DNA of 32,000 bases from Paraeggerthella hongkongensis (lineage in GTDB: Bacteria; Actinomycetota; Coriobacteriia; Coriobacteriales; Eggerthellaceae), in the NCBI RefSeq assembly GCF_003726035.1, contig NZ_QICD01000007.1, positions 68,127 to 100,126 of the forward strand, given 5' to 3'. The position numbers and the translations under genes are program-made. Under the pieces are notes generated by a model. That model saw only the letters and a program-made list of their open reading frames with translations. It ran no database searches and was not told where the DNA came from. This document shows, piece by piece, positions 1 through 8,650 of this stretch (within the stretch, counting starts at the first letter, position 1; each line of letters opens with the position of its first letter).

Positions 1-428
1 ACAGCCGTGATGGCGCCCAGGATGATCGACAGCACAACGCCCTGCTCGCACGCATACGCCTTGCTGGCCCCGGCCAGCGCGAACAGCCCCACCGACAGTG
101 CGTCGGCGAAGAACACCGTGGCATCCAAATGCCGGAACAATCCGCGGAAGTAGAATACGAACGCGCAGATGGCAATGCAGATAACGATAAGGTCGGGGTG
201 CGAGGTGAAGTACACGCCGTGATCCTGCATGAGCACGTCGCGGATGATGCCGCCGCCGTAGCCCGTGAGCAAGCCCAAGACCACGGTGCCGATGATGTCG
301 AGCTTGCGGTCGCATGCGAACAGCGCGCCCGTCAGCACGCCGACGACCACGGAAAAGTAATCGATGCTCCACGGCACGGTAAGCACCTGCGAGTCGGAGA
401 GCATCTGATGGAAGAAGGAGGTGTCCAT
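1..428 (-). CDS. UPF0126 / TRIC-family (YadS-like) integral membrane protein, 3' end cut by the window edge
   Basis: Not in the ORF track because it runs off the edge. Reverse-strand translation from ATG (428-426) gives MDTSFFHQMLSDSQVLTVPWSIDYFSVVVGVLTGALFACDRKLDIIGTVVLGLLTGYGGGIIRDVLMQDHGVYF... GGGIIRDVL is the UPF0126 repeat signature. The frame has hydrophobic helices and is GC3-rich. Confidence 0.6.
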   Translation of the reverse strand, partial: MDTSFFHQMLSDSQVLTVPWSIDYFSVVVGVLTGALFACDRKLDIIGTVVLGLLTGYGGGIIRDVLMQDHGVYFTSHPDLIVICIAICAFVFYFRGLFRHLDATVFFADALSVGLFALAGASKAYACEQGVVLSIILGAITA

Positions 429-572
429 AAGCCCCTTATCGGTCGATGCGCCTATGAAACCACAACGAGGGCCGACGCGCTAGAGGGAGATATCGAAAAG
501 CGGCGGCTCATGTGCGATACTGAGGAGCCGAAAGCAGCGAAAAACCAGCCGCCACGCCAGAGGAGAATCTTC

Positions 573-1658
573 ATGCCGAATCGCCCCCTTCCCCACCGCC
601 CCTCTGAAACCATGAAGGCCGTCGTTTGGGACGGCGAGGACATACAGCTGGCCGATCGGGACCGACCGCGCGTAGAAGCGGCCACCGATGCCGTGGTGCG
701 CGTCACGCGGTCGAGCATTTGCACGAGCGACCTGCACATACTCCATCATGCAGTGCCGCGGGCCGTGCCCGGCACCGTGCTGGGGCACGAGTTCGTGGGC
801 CTGGTGGAATCGGTGGGCGCAAGCGTCGCGCGCGTGAAACCCGGCGACCGCGTGGCCGTGAACGTGGAGACGTTTTGCGGAGAGTGCTTCTTCTGCAAGC
901 GCGGCTACGTGAACAATTGCGAACGGGGCGGCTGGGAGCTGGGGTGTCGCATCGACGGCTGTCAGGCCGAATACGTGCGCGTCCCGTTCGCGGACAACGG
1001 CTGCACACCCATTCCCGACAACGTGACCGACGAAGACGCGCTGTTTCTGGGAGACATTTTGGCAACGGGCTATTTCGGAGCCGAGATAGCCGAGATCGAG
1101 CCCGGCGACACCGTAGCCGTTATAGGGGCCGGGCCGGTAGGGCTGTGCGCCATGATGTGCGCGCGATTGTACGGCGCGGCGCAGGTGATCGCGCTGGAAG
1201 TGGATGCCGAGCGCAGGGCGCTGGCCGTGGAGCGCGGGCTGGCGGATGCGGCGATAGACCCCGCCGACGCAACGACGGACCCCGAGCAGGCCGTGCGCTC
1301 GTTGACCGAAGGGCGCGGCGCGGACGCCGTCATCGAGTGCGCCGGCGCATCGGGAACGTTCGAGCTTGCTTGGCGCGTGGCCAGGCCCAACGCCGTGGTT
1401 TCGGTCATGGCGCTGTACGAGGAGGACCAGGTGCTGCCCCTTCCCCGCATGTACGGCAAGAACCTGGTGTTCAAGACCGGCGGCGTGGACGCGCATTGCT
1501 TGGACCGTGTAATGAACCTGATCGCTGCGGGGCGGTTGGACACCGGGATTTTGATCTCGAAGCGCTTCCCGCTGAACGAGGCGCTTGAGGCGTACCGCGC
1601 GTTCGAGGCTCACGAAGACGGCTGTTTGAAGGTGGTGCTGACTCCTTACAAGGAGTAG
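573..1658 (+). CDS. Zinc-dependent alcohol dehydrogenase family (MDR) oxidoreductase
   Basis: This is the C-terminal part of ORF 129..1658. It has GHEFVG, a structural-zinc motif CGECFFCKRGYVNNC and the Rossmann motif AVIGAGPVGL. The ATG at 573 has an AGGAG 7 nt upstream. An alternative start at 612 (MKAVVW) matches typical family N-termini. The portion upstream of 573 looks non-coding or is the shadow of the minus-strand gene. Confidence 0.85.
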   Translation: MPNRPLPHRPSETMKAVVWDGEDIQLADRDRPRVEAATDAVVRVTRSSICTSDLHILHHAVPRAVPGTVLGHEFVGLVESVGASVARVKPGDRVAVNVETFCGECFFCKRGYVNNCERGGWELGCRIDGCQAEYVRVPFADNGCTPIPDNVTDEDALFLGDILATGYFGAEIAEIEPGDTVAVIGAGPVGLCAMMCARLYGAAQVIALEVDAERRALAVERGLADAAIDPADATTDPEQAVRSLTEGRGADAVIECAGASGTFELAWRVARPNAVVSVMALYEEDQVLPLPRMYGKNLVFKTGGVDAHCLDRVMNLIAAGRLDTGILISKRFPLNEALEAYRAFEAHEDGCLKVVLTPYKE

Positions 1659-1686
1659 GGAGCGGTTTGGCGATCATGATGACGAC

Positions 1687-1710
1687 AACCGCGAGCCCGA
1701 CGTCGCGGTT
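1687..1710 (+). terminator. Weak candidate hairpin downstream of the dehydrogenase (AACCGCGA-8nt-TCGCGGTT)
   Basis: An 8-bp perfect stem lies 29 nt after the stop at 1658. There is no U-tract, so it is only a weak terminator candidate. Confidence 0.2.
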
Positions 1711-2019
1711 CGCCACTGGGGCGTTTTCGCTGCGCCTTCACCCGAGCCGTGTCAATGCTGGTCTAGCACGGAGAAGTCGGTGCTTAGGTACAAAATCACC
1801 GGTCTGCGCTCTTGGGCAAGGGCTTTCGACAACTGTCGAATCCGCTGCATCTCGGTGAGCTGGCTCGTTGATGCAAGCGCACAAAACGAATGCAGGCGAT
1901 GAGCAGATCCAGCAGCGCAGACCCGTGATTTTGTACCGCGAATGGGTCGGCCTCCATGGCAAACCAGCTTCCGGTACGCCGAGGGCTTCCACGACCGAAA
2001 GACAGGCGAGCGCGCTTGG

Positions 2020-3087
2020 CTACGACACGGTCCACGTGCCCAGCAAGGCCAGGTGGTCGGTGCCCTTCACGTTGATGGTCTGCAGGGAGCCAACGGACAT
2101 GCCGCTGTTCTTGGAATAGACGATGTGGTCGATCTCGATCATGGGCGGCACCGGCAGCATGGCGTAATCCGGTTCGGACGGATACGTCATATGGAAGCCC
2201 TCCCCCGCTTGCTGCGAGGCGTCTACCAGCGTGTCGCCGAGCATCTTGCGATAGCGCGAATGGTCCCACGTGGAGTTGAAATCGCCCATGATCAGGTATT
2301 CGTCGTCGTACTGGCGAAGCGAGCTCAAGTTGCGCAGGCTCTCGTTCCAGAACCCCCGCGTGCCCGACTTGGGCGACGTGGGATGCGTGCTGACCAGACG
2401 CACCGCATGCGAACCGGCGCTTATGGTGGCGGCGGGGACGGCGGACCCCGTGACGGGAAGGATGCTCGAGGAGACGTCGCTCATGGGAGCAAGCGAGTAG
2501 AGGACGTTCACGCCGCCGTTGTCGTAGGGGCCGGGCTCGCCGAACACGTGAGACGGAAGCAGTTCGTCGATGCCGGCCGCGGCAAGCCGCTCGATCAGCG
2601 AGGCGCTGACTTCCTGGAGCGCAAGGACCTCGACGCGCTGGTCGCGCACGATCGAGACGATCTGATCGGCATCGGCCAAGCCGTTCTTGGTGTTGAGGGT
2701 CATGATGCGCATGACGGTATCGGCAGACGTCTGAACGGGAACGGGCTCCACCGCCTTCGGCGCTATGCGCGAAGCGGGCAGGAAGAACCCTACGTGCCAG
2801 AAAACCTGGCAGACCAGGCAGAGCGCCGTGAATGCAGAAAGCGCTTTTCTCCTGGTCAGAAGCGCAGCAAGAAGCACAAGCGCACTTGGGATGGCAAGCC
2901 ATGGAACGAATGCGGCCACCTCGGGAATGAGCCGCCCGTTGCTGAGGACGGAAGGCGCATAGCGCGAAGCCATGAGCACGACGAGACATGCCGTCAGCGT
3001 CCATAAAAGGACGCTTGCGATCGTGCGCCCGAGGGAGCGCTTGGGTTGCGCGTTGCGGACGGCGTGTTTGCCCTCGTTCGGTTCCAT
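2020..3087 (-). CDS. Endonuclease/exonuclease/phosphatase (EEP) family protein with N-terminal transmembrane segments
   Basis: From ORF 2020..3135. EEP motifs are present: VLALQEV, GDFNSTWDH, IDHIVYS and TDHLALL. There are two or three N-terminal hydrophobic helices. The ATG at 3087 is preferred because GAGGGA lies 3 nt (TCC) upstream; the GTG at 3135 is less likely. Confidence 0.75.
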   Translation of the reverse strand: MEPNEGKHAVRNAQPKRSLGRTIASVLLWTLTACLVVLMASRYAPSVLSNGRLIPEVAAFVPWLAIPSALVLLAALLTRRKALSAFTALCLVCQVFWHVGFFLPASRIAPKAVEPVPVQTSADTVMRIMTLNTKNGLADADQIVSIVRDQRVEVLALQEVSASLIERLAAAGIDELLPSHVFGEPGPYDNGGVNVLYSLAPMSDVSSSILPVTGSAVPAATISAGSHAVRLVSTHPTSPKSGTRGFWNESLRNLSSLRQYDDEYLIMGDFNSTWDHSRYRKMLGDTLVDASQQAGEGFHMTYPSEPDYAMLPVPPMIEIDHIVYSKNSGMSVGSLQTINVKGTDHLALLGTWTVS

Positions 3088-3207
3088 GGATCCCTCGCTT
3101 TCGGCCAAGCATATGCGAAAAGGCCAATCTACCACGTTTTGGCGAACGGCGATAGCGAAGGATCGACGCGACCGGTTGAGCGGCTTGCGGCGGCGCAGTC
3201 ACGACCG

Positions 3208-4056
3208 CTACAAGCGCTCGACCAGCTTCTGCAGCTTGCGAACGAGGCCTTGCTGCAGCGGAATGCCGGCAAGATCCGCCTGATGGGCCTCCTCCACGCT
3301 GCGGATGGCCGCGCGCAGCGCACGAGCCGCGTCCTCGGCGGTTTTCGGGCGCGACGCCTTGAGGTGCGCCTTCAGCTGGCCGAGCGACATATCTTGACGC
3401 TGGTACTCCGCGAACAGGTCGCGCTGCTTTTGGGGCGGAAGCTCCGATATGGCTCGCATGGTGACGGGATCGACGGTGCCGGCTTGCGCCTCCACAACCC
3501 AGTTGTCGTCGAGCTCGCCCGTGAGGAGCTCGGCCTCCTCGCGCGTTTCGCGCAGGCGCTTCTCGGCGGCGATTGCGCGCTTGACCGTGGCGGGCGATAC
3601 CGACTGCCCCGTCTCTTCGGTCACGATGCGCGCGATGATGTCGTTTGTGCGCACTCCTTTGAGCGAGGGGTCGGTTGCGCGCAGCGCGGGCACTTCCCTA
3701 CCGATTGCCGCATAGCGAGCGCCGCGCTCCTCTTGCGATAGCCGACGCGTAACCAAGTTGGTCACGTTCAACAACACGCGGGCGCGCGCGTCGTCCAAGT
3801 CGTCGATGAGGGTCACGGGGATGGACGCGTAGGCTGGATCGTCGGCGGCCAGGCGACGATACGCTTCCAAGCGACGGTGCCCCGCAACCATCTGGTAGGT
3901 TCCGTCCGGCAGCACGCGGACGAGCGGCAACTGGCCAAGGCCTTCGGATCGAATGGATGCTACCAGCTCCTGCATCTCGCGCTCGTCCATGGTGTAGTCG
4001 TTCTCAGGGTGAGCAGCAATGCTGTCGATAGGAAGCGTTTTGGTTTGGTATGGCAT
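3208..4056 (-). CDS. ParB/Srx N-terminal domain protein (orphan ParB-like, no ParA partner in the window)
   Basis: From ORF 3208..4065. It has a GHRRLEA motif in a ParB-N-like context (LPIDSI..HPEN.., LVASIRSEGLGQLPLVRV). The ATG at 4056 follows AAGGAGA. The C-terminal half is helical and charged. Confidence 0.8.
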   Translation of the reverse strand: MPYQTKTLPIDSIAAHPENDYTMDEREMQELVASIRSEGLGQLPLVRVLPDGTYQMVAGHRRLEAYRRLAADDPAYASIPVTLIDDLDDARARVLLNVTNLVTRRLSQEERGARYAAIGREVPALRATDPSLKGVRTNDIIARIVTEETGQSVSPATVKRAIAAEKRLRETREEAELLTGELDDNWVVEAQAGTVDPVTMRAISELPPQKQRDLFAEYQRQDMSLGQLKAHLKASRPKTAEDAARALRAAIRSVEEAHQADLAGIPLQQGLVRKLQKLVERL

Positions 4057-4065
4057 GTTTAGCAC

Positions 4066-4183
4066 ATCTCCTTATTGCATATTTTTATCGTTTTATTCAC
4101 TATTTTTGTATATTAATTCTTTTATTATGAATAAATATAGTTCTCAATATTGGATATTCTTATTGCTTTTCTTTTAGGCTTTC
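4066..4183. promoter_or_regulatory. Extremely AT-rich divergent intergenic spacer, the probable promoter region for the ParB-like gene (-) and the left glycan operon (+)
   Basis: A hand count of 4081-4140 gives 8/60 G+C (13%). Many TATAAT/TTGACA-like hexamers occur, so no single promoter can be picked with confidence. Confidence 0.4.
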
Positions 4184-4208
4184 GTACGGGGTCATCGTGA
4201 CCCCGTAC
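4184..4208. repeat. Perfect inverted repeat GTACGGGGTCA-tcg-TGACCCCGTAC (11-bp arms)
   Basis: Read directly from the sequence. It sits exactly at the transition from the 13-25% GC spacer to a GC-rich segment. No flanking U-tract exists on either strand, so it is not a canonical terminator. Confidence 0.9.
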
Positions 4209-4356
4209 ATCATACCACTCCCCTTTTATCGATAATGGCGGTTATGTAAGGACGAGCGCGGAGGTTGGGGATGAGGTTGACACGGAAGCGGATGCGGCGC
4301 CGGTCGCCCTTTCGAACGAAGAGGCCGCGCGTATCCTGGCGTCGAGCAACTCCGGC

Positions 4357-5130
4357 GTGAAGGTCAGCGAGCGGCAAGCCGACCAAGCGAGGGTCTTAGG
4401 CTGTCATCTTGAGAGTTCGAAGCGAACCGAAGAATCTTCAGTCGGGGAAGCCCTCCTGCCTCGAGAAGGCCGTCTTGTCGTTATCGAGGGCCTGGACGGT
4501 TCCGGCAAAGAAACCCAGGCGAGCCTTCTGCGAAAGCGTTTGCTGAAAGACGGCATCGACCTGCGATCCCTCTCCTTCCCCTGTTACAAAAGCGACTCTT
4601 CAGCCCTCGTGCGAATGTACCTGGAGGGCAGGTTTGGCTCGAAGCCAAACGACGTCAACGCGTACGCTGCTTCGGCTTTCTACGCGGTTGACCGCTACGC
4701 TTCCTACAAGGAGAACTGGGGGGCGTTCTATGAAGCGGGCGGGCTTGTGCTCGCCGATCGATGGACCACCTCCAACGCCGTGCACCAATGCGCGAAGCTG
4801 CCGCGTTCTGATTGGGACACCTATCTGGACTGGCTCTTCGATTTCGAGTACCGCTTGATCGGGGTACCAAAACCAGACCTGGTAGTTTACCTGAGTATGG
4901 GCGCAGACGTGAGCACAAGGCTCGTCGAGGGCCGCTGCGCACGCGAAGGCACCGCCAAAGACGTGCACGAGGCGGACGCCTCTTATATGCAGCGCTGCCG
5001 TGAAGCCGCCGACTACTGCGCGGACCGCTTGGGTTGGAAGAAGGTCGAGTGTGCTCCCGAAGGCGCTCTGCGGACGATGGGAGATATTCATGAAGAGATT
5101 GCGAGGCTAGTGGAGCAAGATGGTAGATAG
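4357..5130 (+). CDS. tmk: Thymidylate (dTMP) kinase family protein with a ~35-aa atypical N-terminal extension
   Basis: It has the P-loop VIEGLDGSGKETQ, a DRWTTSN (DRY/H-like) motif, and LVRMYLEGRFG..NAYAASAFYAVDRYASYK, which is typical of the Firmicutes-type Tmk subgroup. GTG 4357 is the only conventional start upstream of the P-loop, and it has no SD. Confidence 0.75.
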   Translation: MKVSERQADQARVLGCHLESSKRTEESSVGEALLPREGRLVVIEGLDGSGKETQASLLRKRLLKDGIDLRSLSFPCYKSDSSALVRMYLEGRFGSKPNDVNAYAASAFYAVDRYASYKENWGAFYEAGGLVLADRWTTSNAVHQCAKLPRSDWDTYLDWLFDFEYRLIGVPKPDLVVYLSMGADVSTRLVEGRCAREGTAKDVHEADASYMQRCREAADYCADRLGWKKVECAPEGALRTMGDIHEEIARLVEQDGR

Positions 5131-6244
5131 AGAAATTCTTGTAACAAGGTCATCCATGCCCCCATTCGAAGAATACTGCAATGAAATTCGGGGGCTTTGG
5201 AATACTCGTTTCCTTACAAACTGCGGCAAAAAGCACGCTGAACTTGAGCAGGCGATCAAAAACTACCTGGGTGTCCAGCAATTGTCTCTATTCGTGAACG
5301 GGCACTCCGCCCTCGAGTGCATTCTCGAAACCCTGGAGCTTGGCAAAGACGGACGAAACGAGGTGATCACTACACCGTTCACATTCGCATCGACTTCCCA
5401 CGCCATCGTGCGCAAAGGACTTAAACCTGTTTTTTCCGATATTCGAGAAACCGACTACACTCTCGACCCAGAAAAAATCGAATCCCATATTACCGAAAAA
5501 ACCTGTGCGATCTTGCCAGTTCATGTGTATGGCAATGTCTGCAATCACAAGCAAATCCAAGCAGTCGCTGCCAAATACGATCTCAAGGTAATTTACGACG
5601 CCGCGCATGCGTTTGGCGTAAAGAAGGACGGTGCTCCAGTAGGCACTTTTGGAGATGCTTCGATGTTTAGCTTTCACGCAACAAAGGTCTTCAATACAAT
5701 CGAAGGTGGCGCCGTGGCCTACTCCGACGAGACTCTGGCAGAAAAGCTTTCGCAATGGAGAAATTTTGGCATTACCGGTCTGGAGTCCTGTGAATATATC
5801 GGCGGAAACGCCAAAATGAATGAGTTTTCTGCTGCTATGGGTCTGTGCAACCTTCGTTATGTCGACAGGGAGATTCGAAAGCGAAAGATAGCCGCAGAAA
5901 GGTACTTCGACCTTCTTGCATCCGTGCCGGGACTCTCGTTGTGCATCCCTCCCGCCAACATCGAACACAACTATTCGTACATGCCGGTTATTGTCGATCC
6001 GAACTTGTTTGGTGCAAATCGGGATGAAGTGCTCGCCGCTCTTGAAGAGAACCGGATTGGAGCGCGAAAATACTTCTACCCGATCATAAACGATTATGCT
6101 TGCTATCGAGGGACTTACGACAGTAGGGATACACCCGTTGCAAAGCGTATTGCCCAACAAGTGATCACCCTCCCATTATATGCGGACCTATCAACCGATA
6201 AAGTGAATCAGATTTGCGAAATAGTTAGAGGCTTGCATGGCTAA
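5120..6244 (+). CDS. DegT/DnrJ/EryC1/StrS-family PLP-dependent sugar aminotransferase
   Basis: It has the SFHATK PLP-lysine motif, NGHSALEC, TTPFTFAST and YDAAHAFG. A GGAG lies 5 nt upstream of the ATG. The gene overlaps the tmk stop. It is a paralogue of 24898..26013. Confidence 0.9.
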   Translation: MVDREILVTRSSMPPFEEYCNEIRGLWNTRFLTNCGKKHAELEQAIKNYLGVQQLSLFVNGHSALECILETLELGKDGRNEVITTPFTFASTSHAIVRKGLKPVFSDIRETDYTLDPEKIESHITEKTCAILPVHVYGNVCNHKQIQAVAAKYDLKVIYDAAHAFGVKKDGAPVGTFGDASMFSFHATKVFNTIEGGAVAYSDETLAEKLSQWRNFGITGLESCEYIGGNAKMNEFSAAMGLCNLRYVDREIRKRKIAAERYFDLLASVPGLSLCIPPANIEHNYSYMPVIVDPNLFGANRDEVLAALEENRIGARKYFYPIINDYACYRGTYDSRDTPVAKRIAQQVITLPLYADLSTDKVNQICEIVRGLHG

Positions 6245-7463
6245 ATTCGAAAACCACGAATCAAAACCACAGAAGAAGGCTCTGATTCTCAACGCCAGTC
6301 ATAACGACATGCGCATGATTCAAGCCTTAAAAGCGCTGGGCTACTATGTGATTACGATCGGGCAAAACCCCGGCCTCATTGGGGAAAAGTACGCGGATGA
6401 ATACATCTGTCAAGATTATTCCGACGAAGAGGCAACGCTTGCCCTGGCAAAGGGTCTGAATATCGATGCGATTTGCTCTTGCTGCAATGACTTTGGGGTA
6501 TTGACCGCTGCTTATGTTGCCGAGCGGCTGAAGCTTCCTGGACATGATTCTTACGAAGTGGCTCAAGTGCTGCATCATAAGGATAGGTTCAAGTCTTTCG
6601 CGCGCGAGCTCGGCATCAAAACTCCGTTGGCGAGAGTTTTCATTAGCCCACAAGCCGCACTGGAGTGGATAAAATTTCATGGTGAATATCCGCTCATGGT
6701 AAAAGCCCCTGATTTGAGTGCTGGCAATGGCATCACCAAAGTATGCAGATGGCAAGAAGCTCGGCCTGCCGTAGAATTAGCCTTTGAAAAATCCAGAACA
6801 AAAAGCATTGTTGTCGAACCTTACATTGAGGGAACCCAGCACGCCATCTGCACGTTTCTGATTGACCGGAAGGTTGTCGCAGCATGCTCCAATAACGAAT
6901 ACTCATTTATTAACCCTTATCGCGTAGAGATCGACACCTTTCCTGCTGACGGTATTGAAGCACTGCAAGACAGACTTATTGCGGAAATTGAGAAAATGGC
7001 CGAGGCGTTGCACTTGACTGACGGCATTTTTGAAATGCAGTACCATATGACCCCCGATGGTGATTTTTGGATTATGGAATGCATGCGGCGCGTACTCGGA
7101 AACCTATACAGCATCCCTTCTTCAAGCCTTATGGGATTTAATTGGGACTACTGGGAGGTGCGCGCGCGATGCGGACTTGGATGCAGAGACTTTCCCTTGC
7201 ATGCCCAACCCTCTGGGTTCTTCGCCTATAGAGCCCTCATTGCTGAGAAGAACGGTATCTACAAGTCTTTAAACGTTGCTGATAGTGTTCGGCAGTACAT
7301 TGTTGAAACCTGTATGCTTCAAGATTTTGGCTATGAAATAAGGAACCATAAATCAGACCCCATGGGTTTCCTTTTCTTTTCCTTTCCCGATAGAGAAACG
7401 ATGGACTCAGTAATGGTTGATCAATACCGCAACGTAAAAGTCGAAGTAGAGGAGTTGCTGTGA
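6237..7463 (+). CDS. ATP-grasp domain protein (putative amide/peptide ligase acting on a sugar intermediate)
   Basis: It has the ATP-grasp core YPLMVKAPDLSAGNGI...VVEPYIEG and a pre-ATP-grasp Rossmann-like N-terminus. The start overlaps the aminotransferase stop (6237/6244). Confidence 0.8.
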   Translation: MAKFENHESKPQKKALILNASHNDMRMIQALKALGYYVITIGQNPGLIGEKYADEYICQDYSDEEATLALAKGLNIDAICSCCNDFGVLTAAYVAERLKLPGHDSYEVAQVLHHKDRFKSFARELGIKTPLARVFISPQAALEWIKFHGEYPLMVKAPDLSAGNGITKVCRWQEARPAVELAFEKSRTKSIVVEPYIEGTQHAICTFLIDRKVVAACSNNEYSFINPYRVEIDTFPADGIEALQDRLIAEIEKMAEALHLTDGIFEMQYHMTPDGDFWIMECMRRVLGNLYSIPSSSLMGFNWDYWEVRARCGLGCRDFPLHAQPSGFFAYRALIAEKNGIYKSLNVADSVRQYIVETCMLQDFGYEIRNHKSDPMGFLFFSFPDRETMDSVMVDQYRNVKVEVEELL

Positions 7464-8635
7464 CGAAGTCTGTAACGCTAGGCATGGCGGGGGCAGGACG
7501 TGCTTGCGAATTGCACATGGAAGGACTTCGTCGATTCAGCGGTGTTCCCGTTCGACTGAAGACAGTTATGGCTCGTAGGCAAGATCAGCTTGATGAAGCC
7601 GTGAATCGCTGGTCGTTCGAGCAATCGACCAAGAGCTTCGAAGATATGCTCAACGATCCGGAGATCGACGTAATCGATATTTGCACGCCACCTTACCTGC
7701 ATCTTGAAATGGCGGAAAAGGCTCTTTTGGCCGGGAAACACGTCATTTGCGAGAAACCACTCGCTGGGTACTTCGGGCAAGAGGGCGATGAGGAGCCTAT
7801 TGGAGACAAGGTTTCAAAGCGCATAATGTACGAACGGCTTCTGGAAAGTATGGAAAAGCTTCGTGAGATTGTAGAAAGCTCAGAATGTAAATTCATGTAT
7901 GCAGAGAATTTCGTCTACGCTCCGGCCGTCATGAAGGCGGCAGAAATCATACGCGCGAAAGGAAGCAGGATCCTGTACGCAAAAGGCGAGGAGAGCCTCA
8001 AAGGATCAAGCTCGCACGTTGCGGGCGAATGGAGCAAAACCGGCGGTGGCACATTCATAAGGACCGGGACTCATCCGCTGTCTGCGATTCTTTGGTTGAA
8101 GCAGCAAGAGGCGCTTGCGCGCGAGGAAGACATTCGCGTGGAAAGCGTATTGGCTGACATGGGTCGCGTAACTCCCAGCTTAAGCGATTACGAGCACCGA
8201 CATATTTCAGCACATCCTCGTGACGTGGAAGATCTGGGAACCGCCATACTTTCCTTTTCTGACGGATCAAAAGCCAATATCGTTGCTTGCGATACTTTGC
8301 TCGGCGGCTCGAAGAACGTTCTCGAGCTGTACTGCAACGATGCGGCAATCAATTGCACCCTCACCATGTCAAACATCATGAGCACTTATTTCCTTGATGA
8401 GGATTGCCTTGACGGGGTCAGCATATCTGAGATGCTCCCAGCAAAGACGGGCTGGAATAACCCGTTTCTTGCAGACGAAATACTCCGTGGCTACACCGAC
8501 GAAATGCAGGACTTTATGGCATGCATTTATTACGACGCAGAACCCAAGTCAGGTTTTGATTTGGCCTACCAAACCATCAAAGTTCTTTACGCTGCCTATC
8601 TTTCCGCTGAAGAAGATAAGCGAATCTTTCTTTAA
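7460..8635 (+). CDS. Gfo/Idh/MocA-family NAD(P)-dependent oxidoreductase (sugar dehydrogenase-like)
   Basis: It has the N-terminal GMAGAGRA Rossmann motif and CEKPLA (the EKP motif). The GTG start overlaps the previous TGA (7460/7463) and has GAGGAG upstream. Confidence 0.85.
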   Translation: MTKSVTLGMAGAGRACELHMEGLRRFSGVPVRLKTVMARRQDQLDEAVNRWSFEQSTKSFEDMLNDPEIDVIDICTPPYLHLEMAEKALLAGKHVICEKPLAGYFGQEGDEEPIGDKVSKRIMYERLLESMEKLREIVESSECKFMYAENFVYAPAVMKAAEIIRAKGSRILYAKGEESLKGSSSHVAGEWSKTGGGTFIRTGTHPLSAILWLKQQEALAREEDIRVESVLADMGRVTPSLSDYEHRHISAHPRDVEDLGTAILSFSDGSKANIVACDTLLGGSKNVLELYCNDAAINCTLTMSNIMSTYFLDEDCLDGVSISEMLPAKTGWNNPFLADEILRGYTDEMQDFMACIYYDAEPKSGFDLAYQTIKVLYAAYLSAEEDKRIFL

Positions 8636-8650
8636 GGAGCACAGCCGATA

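Noticed and set aside
1659-2019. A 360-bp gap between the ADH and EEP genes. On the minus strand, two short frames (from ATG 1957, MEADPFAVQNHGSALLDLLIAC..; and 1850..1752, MQRIRQLSKALAQERRPVILYLSTDFSVLDQH) could be one small frameshifted gene, vaguely Phd/YefM-like.
   Set aside because: Both pieces are short and the similarity is only impressionistic. The region also overlaps shadow ORFs (1738..1992, 1796..3202). The evidence is insufficient.
452-3741. Numerous long overlapping ORFs in the GC-rich left flank, e.g. 480..1613 (-), 626..1588 (+), 703..1065 (-), 1070..1543 (-), 1796..3202 (-), 1942..3006 (+) and 3046..3741 (+).
   Set aside because: Their products are Arg/Ala/Pro/Gly-rich and low-complexity, and they overlap genes with clear family motifs (ADH, EEP, ParB-like). 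These are the usual shadow ORFs of high-GC DNA.
4157-4165. The 9-mer TTCTTATTG occurs near both island borders (4157-4165 and 31225-31233), so it could be att-like direct repeats.
   Set aside because: The repeat is too short and both contexts are AT-rich. No integrase or tRNA gene lies at either border. Chance is expected.
4237-4246. GGCGGTTATG upstream of tmk resembles the ops/JUMPStart core GGCGGTAG used by RfaH-type antiterminators at polysaccharide operons.
   Set aside because: It matches only 6-7 nt, RfaH/ops is a proteobacterial system, and no NusG paralogue (RfaH/LoaP/UpxY) is encoded in the window. A chance match is likely.
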